56,431 bases of DNA from Gemmatimonadota bacterium (GTDB lineage Bacteria; Gemmatimonadota; Gemmatimonadetes; Palauibacterales; KS3-K002). Within the stretch, counting starts at the first letter, position 1. The number at the start of each line of letters is the position of its first letter. A program made the position numbers and the translations under genes. The stretch is from contig JBDHAL010000019.1 of NCBI GenBank assembly GCA_039588075.1, positions 1 to 56,431 on the forward strand. Direction: 5' to 3'. The notes under the pieces are model-generated. The model was not told the origin of the DNA and searched no databases. It worked only from the letters and a program-made list of their open reading frames with translations. Below, piece by piece: positions 1-8,972 of the stretch.

Positions 1-430
1 GCGCCGGCGCAGCAATCCGAGAATGCCGCCGTCGTATCCCACTTGAGTGAGGATCGGCTGATCCCACCCCCCGGCTCCTACCTCGCGGTTCTCGGTCCGA
101 CTCACCCGCACGCCTTGTACGTAGAAGAATTCGCCGCTTTCATGTTGCAGCCAGCCGCTCTTCTCGTCGTATTGCCAGCCGGAGCACTCACTCAGAGGGA
201 TGCTCTCGACCTCCATCGTGCAGGCGCGGCGTTGCTCCTGGAACCAGGTCTTCACCTCATCGAGGGTGTGTAGCTGTGAGCAGTCACGAAGGCACTCGAA
301 CTGGACCTCGAGCCTTAGCTCGTCGGTCGTTCTACCGGCCTCGGTCTGCCGCAGCGCCGCGATGTACGAGGCCAGGCCATCGGTGTAGTCTCGGACTTTC
401 GTCTCGGACTTTCGTCGGATTAGCGTTCAT
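1..430 (-). pseudogene. NDP-hexose 2,3-dehydratase family protein, 5' part; frameshifted near the start and truncated by the window edge
   Basis: Not in the ORF track. Hand translation of the minus strand gives ...IPLSECSGWQYDEKSGWLQHESGEFFYVQGVRV...EVGAGGWDQPILTQVGYDGGILGLLRRR, matching the H.SG.FF.V.G.RV...WDQP...GILG pattern of EvaA/OleV-type 2,3-dehydratases. The ATG at 430-428 overlaps the wecE stop (ATGA), but a 13-bp duplication throws it out of frame (TAG at 334-332). Confidence 0.75.
388..413. repeat. Perfect 13-bp tandem duplication GTCTCGGACTTTC x2
   Basis: Read directly at 388-400 and 401-413. Confidence 0.95.
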
Positions 431-1566
431 GCCAAGCCCTCGAGCTGGTCTTTGATCAGTCCGCAGACGAACCTCACGTCCTCTCTGTCGAGCTCGTTGT
501 GGAATGGAAGCCTCAGCGTTCGCCCAGCATATTCTTCGGTTAAGGGTAGATCCTCGGGTTTATAGCCCAGCCGCTGCCCGACCGGTGACGAGTGGAGCGG
601 TACGTACCCGATGTACGCCCAAACCTCGTTCGACCTCAGATGCTCGCGGGCGCCGTCGCATTCCTGGTGGCTGTTGAATATCACGTAGACCGCATGGTAG
701 TTGAGCTGCCGGCCGGGGTCGATCCGTGGCAGCCGGAGCAGCCCCGCGTCGGCCAGGGGCTGAAGGCACTCCAGGTAGGCTTCGTAGATGACCCTGCGTT
801 GGGCGAGGTTGGTGTCGATCGCTTCCAGTTGGGCGGATAGGAACGCCGCCTGGAGCTCGGAAGGATAGAAGCTGGATCCGATCTCTACCCAGGTATACTT
901 GTCCACGAGCCCTTTCAGCAGCTTCTGGCGATCGGTGCCTCGCTCCCAGATGTTCTCCGCTCGATCGAAATACGAAGGTTCGTTGATGAACAGGGCTCCG
1001 CAGAGGCCGGCGTGCAGGTTCTTCGTCTCGTGAAACGAGAGGCAGCCCAGCGGCGCTATCGTGCCGAGCCATTCGCCGTCAAGGCGGGCATCGAGGCCCT
1101 GTGCCGCATCCTCGACGACGACCAGGCCGTGATCGTTTGCCAGCGCCATCAGCGCGCCCATGTCGCAGGCGATGCCCCCGTAGTGAACCGGGACGATGGC
1201 CCGTGTTGCGGGCGTAATGCGATCCGACACGTCGGTCGGATCCATCATCATCGTCTCCGGGTCGATCTCGCAGAACACCGGTTTTGCCCCCGCACGAACA
1301 AAGGCAGCTGCGGTGCTCGAAAAAGTGTATGAGGGAACGATGACTTCGTCGCCCGGCTCGAGGTCCAGCAATAGGGCGGCCATCTCAAGAGCGGCGGTGC
1401 AGCTGTGCGTGAGCAGAACGTGTGGCACACCATAGCGCTCTTCCAACGCGCGGGCTACCTGCTTGGTGAACGGCCCGTTGCCGGCGAACGCCCTGTTGCG
1501 TATCACTTGCTCCAGTTTGCTCAGCTCGTTCCCTGAGAGATAGGGTACGTTGAAGTTAATTGTCAT
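427..1566 (-). CDS. wecE: dTDP-4-amino-4,6-dideoxygalactose transaminase (DegT/DnrJ/EryC1/StrS family)
   Basis: Motifs LLTHSCTAALEMAA, PSYTFSSTA, VVEDAAQG, SFHETKN (PLP lysine) and VDKYTWVEIGSS are characteristic of WecE/RffA. Confidence 0.9.
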   Translation of the reverse strand: MTINFNVPYLSGNELSKLEQVIRNRAFAGNGPFTKQVARALEERYGVPHVLLTHSCTAALEMAALLLDLEPGDEVIVPSYTFSSTAAAFVRAGAKPVFCEIDPETMMMDPTDVSDRITPATRAIVPVHYGGIACDMGALMALANDHGLVVVEDAAQGLDARLDGEWLGTIAPLGCLSFHETKNLHAGLCGALFINEPSYFDRAENIWERGTDRQKLLKGLVDKYTWVEIGSSFYPSELQAAFLSAQLEAIDTNLAQRRVIYEAYLECLQPLADAGLLRLPRIDPGRQLNYHAVYVIFNSHQECDGAREHLRSNEVWAYIGYVPLHSSPVGQRLGYKPEDLPLTEEYAGRTLRLPFHNELDREDVRFVCGLIKDQLEGLA

Positions 1567-1679
1567 GAGTCGTCGCTTGGCCTATTGACAAGATCCCTCG
1601 CTATTAGCGATTCGCAGGTTTCTGTGGAGGCATGCCCTGTTCTCAAAGGGTGCTGGGCGGTCGAGCGCTTTGCATCGGT

Positions 1680-2381
1680 CTACCCACTTGGGTTGAACAA
1701 ATGATACACGTCCAAGGGGCTCCTGAACTTGAAACCCAACGAGCAGTACAGGTTTGTGACCGGCATGTTGCTGGCAGAGACAGAGGAGCTCACTTCGTCG
1801 AAACCCTCCCGAAAGAGTGTATTGTAGCCGGCCGTCCACAAGTACTTCGCAAGACCCTTGCCCCGCAATGATACGTGAACAGCATGCAGCAATACCTTTG
1901 CGTTCTCACGGGCGAAGTATGCAGCGAGCGTCCCTCTGTAGGCTAGCCCGATCATACCGCCAGCGGCGTGTATTTGCCGCAACCACGAATCGTACCTGGC
2001 ATCAGCGAGTTCGCTTGGAATGTTGGGGTCTCGGTGAAAGCGACCATGGGTGTAAGCCCCACGCGAAAGAGACAGAAAGTCGCCGATGTCGTACGTGTCG
2101 ACTACACGGACATCGGGATCATCGTGTGCTATGAAGTGTTGCCTACGGCAGAACGGTTCAACTAAGGTGTCACAGTAGTAAAAGCCGCAGCGGTGCAGAA
2201 GGTCGGTCGAGCGGCTTGGGTCGACCTTGATCGTGAAGTGTCCGGGAAGATTCGCCACGACCTTCAACGTTTCCTCGTCGAAAGACCGGACCTCGAAAGT
2301 ATCGATTGCGAAGACCTTCGAATCCCACGGCGTTCTGACGAGAACGCCGTGATCCAGAAGATTGTCTAGAGACATCACCAC
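1680..2381 (-). CDS. GNAT N-acetyltransferase, WecD-like sugar acetylase (alternative start ATG at 2375)
   Basis: WDS..F N-terminus, GRFHRDP motif, acetyl-CoA motif RGKGLAK, C-terminal N...LY..LGF; adjacent to wecE. Confidence 0.75.
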   Translation of the reverse strand: MVMSLDNLLDHGVLVRTPWDSKVFAIDTFEVRSFDEETLKVVANLPGHFTIKVDPSRSTDLLHRCGFYYCDTLVEPFCRRQHFIAHDDPDVRVVDTYDIGDFLSLSRGAYTHGRFHRDPNIPSELADARYDSWLRQIHAAGGMIGLAYRGTLAAYFARENAKVLLHAVHVSLRGKGLAKYLWTAGYNTLFREGFDEVSSSVSASNMPVTNLYCSLGFKFRSPLDVYHLFNPSG

Positions 2382-2510
2382 TGTGCCCTCACCAGAGTTT
2401 GCTAGTTCTTAAACTCTGCCAACTTCGTAAGAAAGTCCTGCTCCATGTTCCCTGCGTTGACCTTCTAGTCGAAACGCTCGGTGGCCAACTGCACGTTGCC
2501 GGCGGCCTCT

Positions 2511-3731
2511 TCACCTTGCGGAAGTCCCGCCGCGAAATTCCTCTATTTTGGCGAGGTATTCTTCTTCGAGGTGCGCGGCGTTGACACGCCAGTCGAAGCG
2601 CTCGAGCGCCAGATCGTATAGATGCTGAGCGATGGCGCTGCACCGCATGGGTGAAGCCAGCAGCTCGTTCGCCTTACGTGCCAGGTCGCTGGCATCGCCA
2701 GGCGTCCACAGTAGCTGGCCCTGCTCAGCATCGTTGAATATGTCCGACAACCCGGACCGGCGGGTGAGCAGTGGGACGCAGCGACTCGCGATTGCCATCA
2801 GCAACGTTATCGAGTACCCGTTCCCGTCCATGCTGCAACGCTTCTTGTGGCCCCACCACGTTCTCCCGGTTGGCAGCGGGTAGTTGATAGAGTCGACGTA
2901 ATAGTCGGCTGCCGACAAGTAAGTCGTGAGTAACTCAAATGGCACGTGACCCGTGAAGACGACGTGTTCGTCGACACCCAACTCTTTCACCATTCGCTCG
3001 AGAACCTTCTCCTCCGGGCCGCCTCCGACGACCACGAACCTGGTGTCGGGGTGTGCCGCTACGATAAGCGGAATGGCGTTTACGTAGGTGGCCACGTCGT
3101 ACTCGGGCAGAAGAACCCGGATAGACACAAAGAGCCTTCGGTCTGCCGCGCCCAGCTCGTCTCTCAATCCTTGAACCGCGGCGGCTCCCGGCAGCTTCTC
3201 AAAGTCCACACCCCAGGGGTTGATGTGGATTCGCTCCTTCATAGCTCCAAGCTCTTCGAGTCGCGCAGCGCCTGCCGTGTCTCCCGTGTACAACATATCG
3301 GAGACGCGAAACATTCGCTTGACCAGAAGCCTCATCAGCAGAGAGGTCTCGCTCATCATAGAGAGTGCTTTGGGGCCGAGATGAAACAGCGCTGTCGGGT
3401 GGTGAGCGGCGATCAAGCTGAGGACTCCGTTCGTCTCGAGCGTCATCGCCATCACTATATCGGGTGACAATCTGCGCAGTATGGAGCGAATCGAGAAAGC
3501 AAGGGATAGATAACTCAGGTGGATCGCGAGGTTCGGCGTCCGATCCTCATCAAAGGACTTGCGGCGTCTCAGGAAGGACTCGAAGGGAAGCCTGGGGGTG
3601 ATGACCGGTACCCCGTCGGCGGTCCCCGGCCTCGCCGAGATCACCGTCACCTCGTGCCCCTTCGCTGTGAAGTAGTTCGCCCAGCGCTTGATGTGCGGGC
3701 TTTGAGCGTTCCCCAGAATGCAGATCTTCAC
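2511..3731 (-). CDS. Glycosyltransferase family 4 (GT-B)
   Basis: MKICILG..SPHIKRW...GHEVTVIS start, PWGVD, VVVGGGPE, VVFTGHV, C-terminal FDW. Confidence 0.85.
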   Translation of the reverse strand: MKICILGNAQSPHIKRWANYFTAKGHEVTVISARPGTADGVPVITPRLPFESFLRRRKSFDEDRTPNLAIHLSYLSLAFSIRSILRRLSPDIVMAMTLETNGVLSLIAAHHPTALFHLGPKALSMMSETSLLMRLLVKRMFRVSDMLYTGDTAGAARLEELGAMKERIHINPWGVDFEKLPGAAAVQGLRDELGAADRRLFVSIRVLLPEYDVATYVNAIPLIVAAHPDTRFVVVGGGPEEKVLERMVKELGVDEHVVFTGHVPFELLTTYLSAADYYVDSINYPLPTGRTWWGHKKRCSMDGNGYSITLLMAIASRCVPLLTRRSGLSDIFNDAEQGQLLWTPGDASDLARKANELLASPMRCSAIAQHLYDLALERFDWRVNAAHLEEEYLAKIEEFRGGTSAR

Positions 3732-3767
3732 GCACTCCCCCTGGCTCGCCGGATTTCGCCGCTCGAG

Positions 3768-4718
3768 TTAGCCGCCATCTGCTATACGCTCAACGATCAA
3801 CGGTACTGTCGTCCCGAGGTAGATGAGTGCGATCACCGGGATGAACAGGACCCGGGCTGTTACACCCATGGACAGTGCCAGTTCTCCGGGGAGCCCGTTG
3901 ATCACGAACAACAGTACCAGGGACCCTTCTGCGACGCCGATGCCCTGCGGTGCGATCGGCAGCGACGTTGCCAGTTGGATCAGCACCGACATCGATATTG
4001 CCATCACCATGTCGATCGAGACCCCGACGTTCATCGCGAGAAGCGAGATGGCGGTTCCGGCCAGCAGAGTCTTGAGCGCGGTGACTGCCAGATTCAGCGA
4101 CAGGCGCGCCTTTGATGTCCGTAGCAGCAGGTCGGTGTGTGCGCCGAACCCCTGCAGCAGCGCGGGCCATGGGCGGAGCACGAAACGGTTTACCAGGTTC
4201 CGAATTGTCTTGTTCGTCAGTATGAATGGGAGCAGCGCGACGGCGAACAGGGCTGCGACCACCGCGAGGTCTTTCGCTGTGGAAGAGTGAGTTGGCCAGG
4301 CGAGACGCAGGGCAATCGGCGTCATGAGGAGAAGGAAGAACAGCGTTATCAACCTGTCGACGACGATCGAGCTGGCGACCGCACCCGGACGATGGTGTTG
4401 CTTGAGTAAGGGGAGCGCGCCGAAGTCGGACAGCCGCGCCGGCGCGAATAGCGCCAGCGGCTGCATCGCCAGGAAGACGCGCGTCTGCGGCCAGAACGAC
4501 AGGCCTCGGTCCTGCGGCGGCCCGAGCAGGATGACCGGCGTCATCGCGTTGAGGACCTGGATGACGGCCTGTAACCCCATCACCGCGGCGAGCAGGTATA
4601 GCTTGCTGTGAAGCAGGGGCACGAACACGGCCTCGAGGTCGTATCGCGACAACAAGAACGCGATAACCGCGATTCCAAGGGCCGTGCCGGACCAGAATGC
4701 CAGACGCCGTGAGTTCAC
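3768..4718 (-). CDS. UPF0104 / LPG-synthase TM (flippase-like) membrane protein
   Basis: Multiple TM segments, PAR.SD and DR motifs, and the family-typical LPIAPQGIGVAE motif. Confidence 0.8.
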   Translation of the reverse strand: MNSRRLAFWSGTALGIAVIAFLLSRYDLEAVFVPLLHSKLYLLAAVMGLQAVIQVLNAMTPVILLGPPQDRGLSFWPQTRVFLAMQPLALFAPARLSDFGALPLLKQHHRPGAVASSIVVDRLITLFFLLLMTPIALRLAWPTHSSTAKDLAVVAALFAVALLPFILTNKTIRNLVNRFVLRPWPALLQGFGAHTDLLLRTSKARLSLNLAVTALKTLLAGTAISLLAMNVGVSIDMVMAISMSVLIQLATSLPIAPQGIGVAEGSLVLLFVINGLPGELALSMGVTARVLFIPVIALIYLGTTVPLIVERIADGG

Positions 4719-4763
4719 CCTACCCGCACGCGTGTGAGTCGCGAGAGCCTGCCTGTCTCACTC

Positions 4764-6938
4764 TCATTCATCTGCCATGAGCGCCTGCCTGAACTGGCGC
4801 AGGTCCACTGCTTCTCCGCTTCGAATGCTCTCCTGCGCCGCAAACATGCACAGGGTCGCCAGCGACGCCTGTCGCCAGGTCAGCAGCTTGTTCGGCTGCC
4901 CCCTGACCGCCGAGGCGAATTCCCTCAGCGCTTCCTTGTGACCCATCTGCCTGCGGGAGGCGCTGCCGAGCGAACGCTGCTTCTTGCCGTGGACGGTGAG
5001 TTTGGCGAAGTCGTCCAGAATGGCGACCTGGCCGGGCGCCAGGACCTGAATCCGCTCGCGCGGGAAGCCCGTGCCGCCGCTCTCGTTGAACACGACGTTG
5101 GCCACGGCGCCGTCGTAGTGAATCGTGACGGCGAAGTTGCATAATTTCCGCGGGTCTTCCGGTGCTTGGCCCAGCGACCGCGCGTAGACCGAAACGGGGT
5201 CACGGTCTATCAGGAGATGGCAAAGATCGATGAAATGCTCGCCTTCGCTAACGAGCCGCCCTCCGCCGTCCACTTCATCCAGGCTCCAGTGGTCCGGGGG
5301 AATCATTCGTTCGGCAACCGTATAGGTCACGGAGTGAGCTGGCTGTTCGAGCAGGTCGCGCAGCTTGTCCATCATAGGAGAGTAGCGGCGATTGAGGCCG
5401 AGCGTAAGCAGGATCGGCTCGTCGTCCATCATCCTGAGTATCTGCTTGAAGTCGTCGAGCAATGTGACGAGCGGTTTTTCGAGGAATACGGCTTTACCGG
5501 CCTCGATCGCCCCTCGAAGGTGCTCGAAGTGCTCCGGCTGGCTGGACGAGATGACGACGGCATCGGTACCGGGATCCTCGAGTACCTCCGATACGTCGGT
5601 GGTGACGACGGTCGCGCCGACGTTCTTGCCGACGAGGGTTGCGTTGACGCCGGTCGCCGAGGCCAGGCCTCTGATGTCGACATCGGGCATCGAGCGAAGG
5701 TTCGGGAGATGCGTGGCCAATGCGTGATTCCCACAGCCGATGATCGAGATTCCCAGCTTATCCGGATCCCTGGGCCGCGGGCGAACATCGATCGTCCTTC
5801 GCCGGTCCGGATTCTTCCCCGCTTCGTAATCGATCAATGCCGCGACTCCATCCAGCGTGCCCTCCCGGATAGCGTCGAAGGCGTCCTGGACTTTGTCGAT
5901 GGTGTAGGTGCCGGCGATCAGCGGTTCGGGGTCAACGGCACCCTGACCGACGAGTCGGATGAATTCGGCCAGGTTGCGCCTCTCGGTCCAGCGCACGTAG
6001 CCGAATGGGTAGTCGAGACGGCCTTTCTCGTAGCCGCGGTGATAGCTGCCCGGGCCGTACGCCCGTGAGTAGCGGAGATCGATTTCGTTGTAGAGGAAGC
6101 TCTTGGGATGGATGTCGAGCTTGACGTAACCGACGATGACGACGCGCCCCTGTTTCCGAGTGATTTCCATCGAATCGTTGATGATGCCGCTCGAATCGGA
6201 GCTCGCACAGATGATAGTGGCGTCGACGCCGTTCTTGCCCGTCGCATCCATGACATGGCGTTTCAGATCGACCTGCGCCGGATTGACGACGACGTCCACG
6301 CCGATGCTGCGGGCCAGTTCGTTACGCTCCTCGTTGACATCGATACCCACGACGACGCAACCCGCTGCCCTGGCGATCATCGCGCAGAGCTGCCCCAAGA
6401 GACCCATGCCGAATACCGCCACCGTCTCTCCGAATTGGATCTCCGCTCGGCGCAGCGATTGGGTCACGATCCCGCCGACCGTGACGAAGGCGGCGGACCG
6501 GAAGTCCGTATGCTCGGGAACCGGCACTATGTGATTGATAGTCGGAGCGACTATTTCCGCATGCCCCGTCGCCGCGTATGCGACCTTGTCCCCGACGTTG
6601 AATCCCTCCGCGTGTTCGCCGACCGCCAGTACGCGGCCCGCTCCACTGTAACCGATCTCGCGGGGAACGGTCATCTCGTGCCACACCCGGCGCGCCGTCT
6701 GAGTCAGCCCGGCAGACAGCACCGTCTGCTGCACTGCCTTGCGCATCCACGGGTCGGCTATCGTCTGCTTCACCAGCTCGGTCGGTGTTTTCGCCAGTGT
6801 GCTGGACTCGGTGCCCGAGCTGATCAGTGAAACGTGATTCTGAACCAGAACCTGGTCCGGGCCCAGCTGGGGCTCGGGAAGGTCGATGACGACTACCTTG
6901 CCTTTGCGGTCGATCACCCGTCTGACGATCTGTCTCAT
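4764..6938 (-). CDS. Bi-domain oxidoreductase (MDR-type dehydrogenase fused to Gfo/Idh/MocA)
   Basis: SLISSGTE, GYSGAG, GMGLLG, SRAYGPG.Y...YE..G.DYP.GYVRWTE.RN, then IIGCGN, EKP and NRRYSP. Typical of polysaccharide clusters. Confidence 0.88.
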   Translation of the reverse strand: MRQIVRRVIDRKGKVVVIDLPEPQLGPDQVLVQNHVSLISSGTESSTLAKTPTELVKQTIADPWMRKAVQQTVLSAGLTQTARRVWHEMTVPREIGYSGAGRVLAVGEHAEGFNVGDKVAYAATGHAEIVAPTINHIVPVPEHTDFRSAAFVTVGGIVTQSLRRAEIQFGETVAVFGMGLLGQLCAMIARAAGCVVVGIDVNEERNELARSIGVDVVVNPAQVDLKRHVMDATGKNGVDATIICASSDSSGIINDSMEITRKQGRVVIVGYVKLDIHPKSFLYNEIDLRYSRAYGPGSYHRGYEKGRLDYPFGYVRWTERRNLAEFIRLVGQGAVDPEPLIAGTYTIDKVQDAFDAIREGTLDGVAALIDYEAGKNPDRRRTIDVRPRPRDPDKLGISIIGCGNHALATHLPNLRSMPDVDIRGLASATGVNATLVGKNVGATVVTTDVSEVLEDPGTDAVVISSSQPEHFEHLRGAIEAGKAVFLEKPLVTLLDDFKQILRMMDDEPILLTLGLNRRYSPMMDKLRDLLEQPAHSVTYTVAERMIPPDHWSLDEVDGGGRLVSEGEHFIDLCHLLIDRDPVSVYARSLGQAPEDPRKLCNFAVTIHYDGAVANVVFNESGGTGFPRERIQVLAPGQVAILDDFAKLTVHGKKQRSLGSASRRQMGHKEALREFASAVRGQPNKLLTWRQASLATLCMFAAQESIRSGEAVDLRQFRQALMADE

Positions 6939-7729
6939 CTCTTGTTCGCCTCTTGTTCAGGGCGCCTCGCGGTCACGAGCACGCCCGCACCCCAGCGGGG
7001 TCGCGAAAACTTGCCTAGATAGGAGAGCCCCAGCAGAAAAGGGAAGGCCAGGGCGTAAAAGTGCTTGTTTCGTTTTTCAGCGCCGGAAATCAGGTACGAG
7101 ACATTGTTCGTGAAGGTCTCGAGCATCCCGTAGGTGTACCGGTGCTCGAGGACTTCCAGGCCCGCCTGTTCGAGCTTGCCCGTAATCTCCTCGGCTGTGT
7201 AGCCCGGTCGCATGTGGCCCGGCACGTCGAAGTTCACGCGTCGTCCCAACAGCAACCAGCGCCGGTAGTAACCCGGAACGTGCACCACCAGCCTGCCGCC
7301 CGGTCGCAGGGCCTCACGAAGGCGCTTCATCGCGCCTACGTCGTCTTCGATGTGCTCGAGGTTGTCGACGCTGATTACGAGATCGAACCGGCCCTCCAGC
7401 CCCAGCGACGTCACGTCGCCGATCTCGAATCGACAGTTGCTGATCCCTGCCCGGCTCGCGATGGTCGTCGCTCGGTTGACTGCCGCTTCGTCGATGTCGA
7501 CGCCCAGGACCTCGGCTTCCCTGTGTTGCTTTGCCAGTTGCATCGTGAATACGCCGGGACCGCTGCCGGCATCGAGGATCCTGTCGTACTCACCGCGCGC
7601 CGCCGGTAGCACGTGCCTCAGTCGGATACGCAGGCCGTTGACCGGAACTCCGAGCCAGCGAACGTATAGCCGCTCGAGGCGCGAGAGATCCGGATCTAAT
7701 GATTGCTCGGAGCCCGGGAATCCGATCAT
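6935..7729 (-). CDS. Class I SAM-dependent methyltransferase
   Basis: ILDAGSGPG motif I, FDLVIS..NLEHI, LRPGGRL. Start moved to ATG 7729, which overlaps the upstream stop (ATGA). Confidence 0.85.
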   Translation of the reverse strand: MIGFPGSEQSLDPDLSRLERLYVRWLGVPVNGLRIRLRHVLPAARGEYDRILDAGSGPGVFTMQLAKQHREAEVLGVDIDEAAVNRATTIASRAGISNCRFEIGDVTSLGLEGRFDLVISVDNLEHIEDDVGAMKRLREALRPGGRLVVHVPGYYRRWLLLGRRVNFDVPGHMRPGYTAEEITGKLEQAGLEVLEHRYTYGMLETFTNNVSYLISGAEKRNKHFYALAFPFLLGLSYLGKFSRPRWGAGVLVTARRPEQEANKR

Positions 7730-8964
7730 GTCGTATCGTTCCCGCACAGTTCCAGGTAGCAGCCGATGGCCTGGCCCATCCATGCCTGGCACCAGCGTAG
7801 CAGGCGGACCCGGGTGCGATAGAAGCGACGTCGCTGGTAGTAGAACCATCCGCTGCGTGGGTCGTACATGTTCTCCATCGTCCAGGTGAGCACCTTGCGC
7901 GAAAAAGCGCTGCCTTCGCCGAGCGCGCGGTCCGCCAGAGCGAACGTGATCACTCCCTGGGCGGCGCCGTGGATGTCAAAGGGGTACTTCCGGTCGTTCA
8001 TGAAACGGGGCGCGCCGTTCTCCTCGAATAGGTGCTCTCGGTAGTACCGCAGGCCTTTGAGGTATGCGCTCTGGAACTCGTCGCTCCGCGCCGACTGTCC
8101 ATAGGCGAGGATCGCGTCCAGAATAAATCCCGTGTGGTAGTTGTCGTGCGTTATGTGACTGGCGGACGGAGGCTCGGCGTAGAACCAGGCGCCGTAATCG
8201 GTCTGCTTGGAAACGACGTAGCGGATCAGCCGGGCCGCCTCGGCCATCAGGGCCTCGTCGCTGCTAATCGACGCGAGGCGGGCGGCGGCCGCGCCGGCCA
8301 GCGCCGGGACGTCCATCACGATCCAGGTCACCGACTCGCTCGGTACATAGCTGACGCAGCGGTGAAGGTCGTCCTCGTATAGCGTGTTGGGAGCCTCGAG
8401 GAGGAACTCGACCGCCTGACGCGCTACATCGAGGTAGCGTTCGTCCCCCAGCGTCTCATACCCGTCGAGGAACGCCTGGACGACAAAGGATGTCACCACT
8501 CGGTTCGGATAATGGCGGGAAGCGAAGAAGCCTACATCTTGCCACGGATAGGGGTATCCCCAAGCGGCCCAGGGGAAATCGCCGGAGGTCGAACCGGCCA
8601 GCCAGTCGAGCAATCTTCGTGCTTCTTCCGCGCTCTCCTCTTCTCCGCGGGTCCGGTAGCGACCGAGCAACGCCCGCGTGAACAGTGATAGGCCTTTAGC
8701 GTTGCGGGCCGTTCCGACGCCGATCAGCGGGCGCACGTGGATGGGTGAGCGCATGACCAGTTGGGTGAAGCCGAGGCGCATCCACTTCGACTCACCAGCC
8801 AACCGCTCCAGCCACGGCGCGTTGAGCGCGTCGTGTTTCGAGTGCCCCCTGTAGTCGACATCCAGAGCGCCGTTCAAGATGCGCTTCTGGACCGCAGCAA
8901 GCCCGGATTCGGGCATCGCGCTTGACTCGGCCGGGTTCAACGACAACACCGGAGGGGTTTCCAC
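7726..8964 (-). CDS. Conserved glycan-cluster protein with a predicted (alpha/alpha) barrel (epimerase/hydrolase-like), function unknown
   Basis: WGYPYPWQ, PNRVVT, QTDYGAWFY, HDNYHTGF, YPFDIHGAAQG and RWCQAW motifs resemble a hypothetical family recurrent in polysaccharide loci. Confidence 0.6.
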   Translation of the reverse strand: METPPVLSLNPAESSAMPESGLAAVQKRILNGALDVDYRGHSKHDALNAPWLERLAGESKWMRLGFTQLVMRSPIHVRPLIGVGTARNAKGLSLFTRALLGRYRTRGEEESAEEARRLLDWLAGSTSGDFPWAAWGYPYPWQDVGFFASRHYPNRVVTSFVVQAFLDGYETLGDERYLDVARQAVEFLLEAPNTLYEDDLHRCVSYVPSESVTWIVMDVPALAGAAAARLASISSDEALMAEAARLIRYVVSKQTDYGAWFYAEPPSASHITHDNYHTGFILDAILAYGQSARSDEFQSAYLKGLRYYREHLFEENGAPRFMNDRKYPFDIHGAAQGVITFALADRALGEGSAFSRKVLTWTMENMYDPRSGWFYYQRRRFYRTRVRLLRWCQAWMGQAIGCYLELCGNDTT

Positions 8965-8972
8965 GGAATCGG

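Noticed and set aside
2393-2418. Small inverted repeat CAGAGTTT/AAACTCTG between GT4 and GNAT
   Set aside because: Weak 8-bp stem without a U-tail; no function can be supported.
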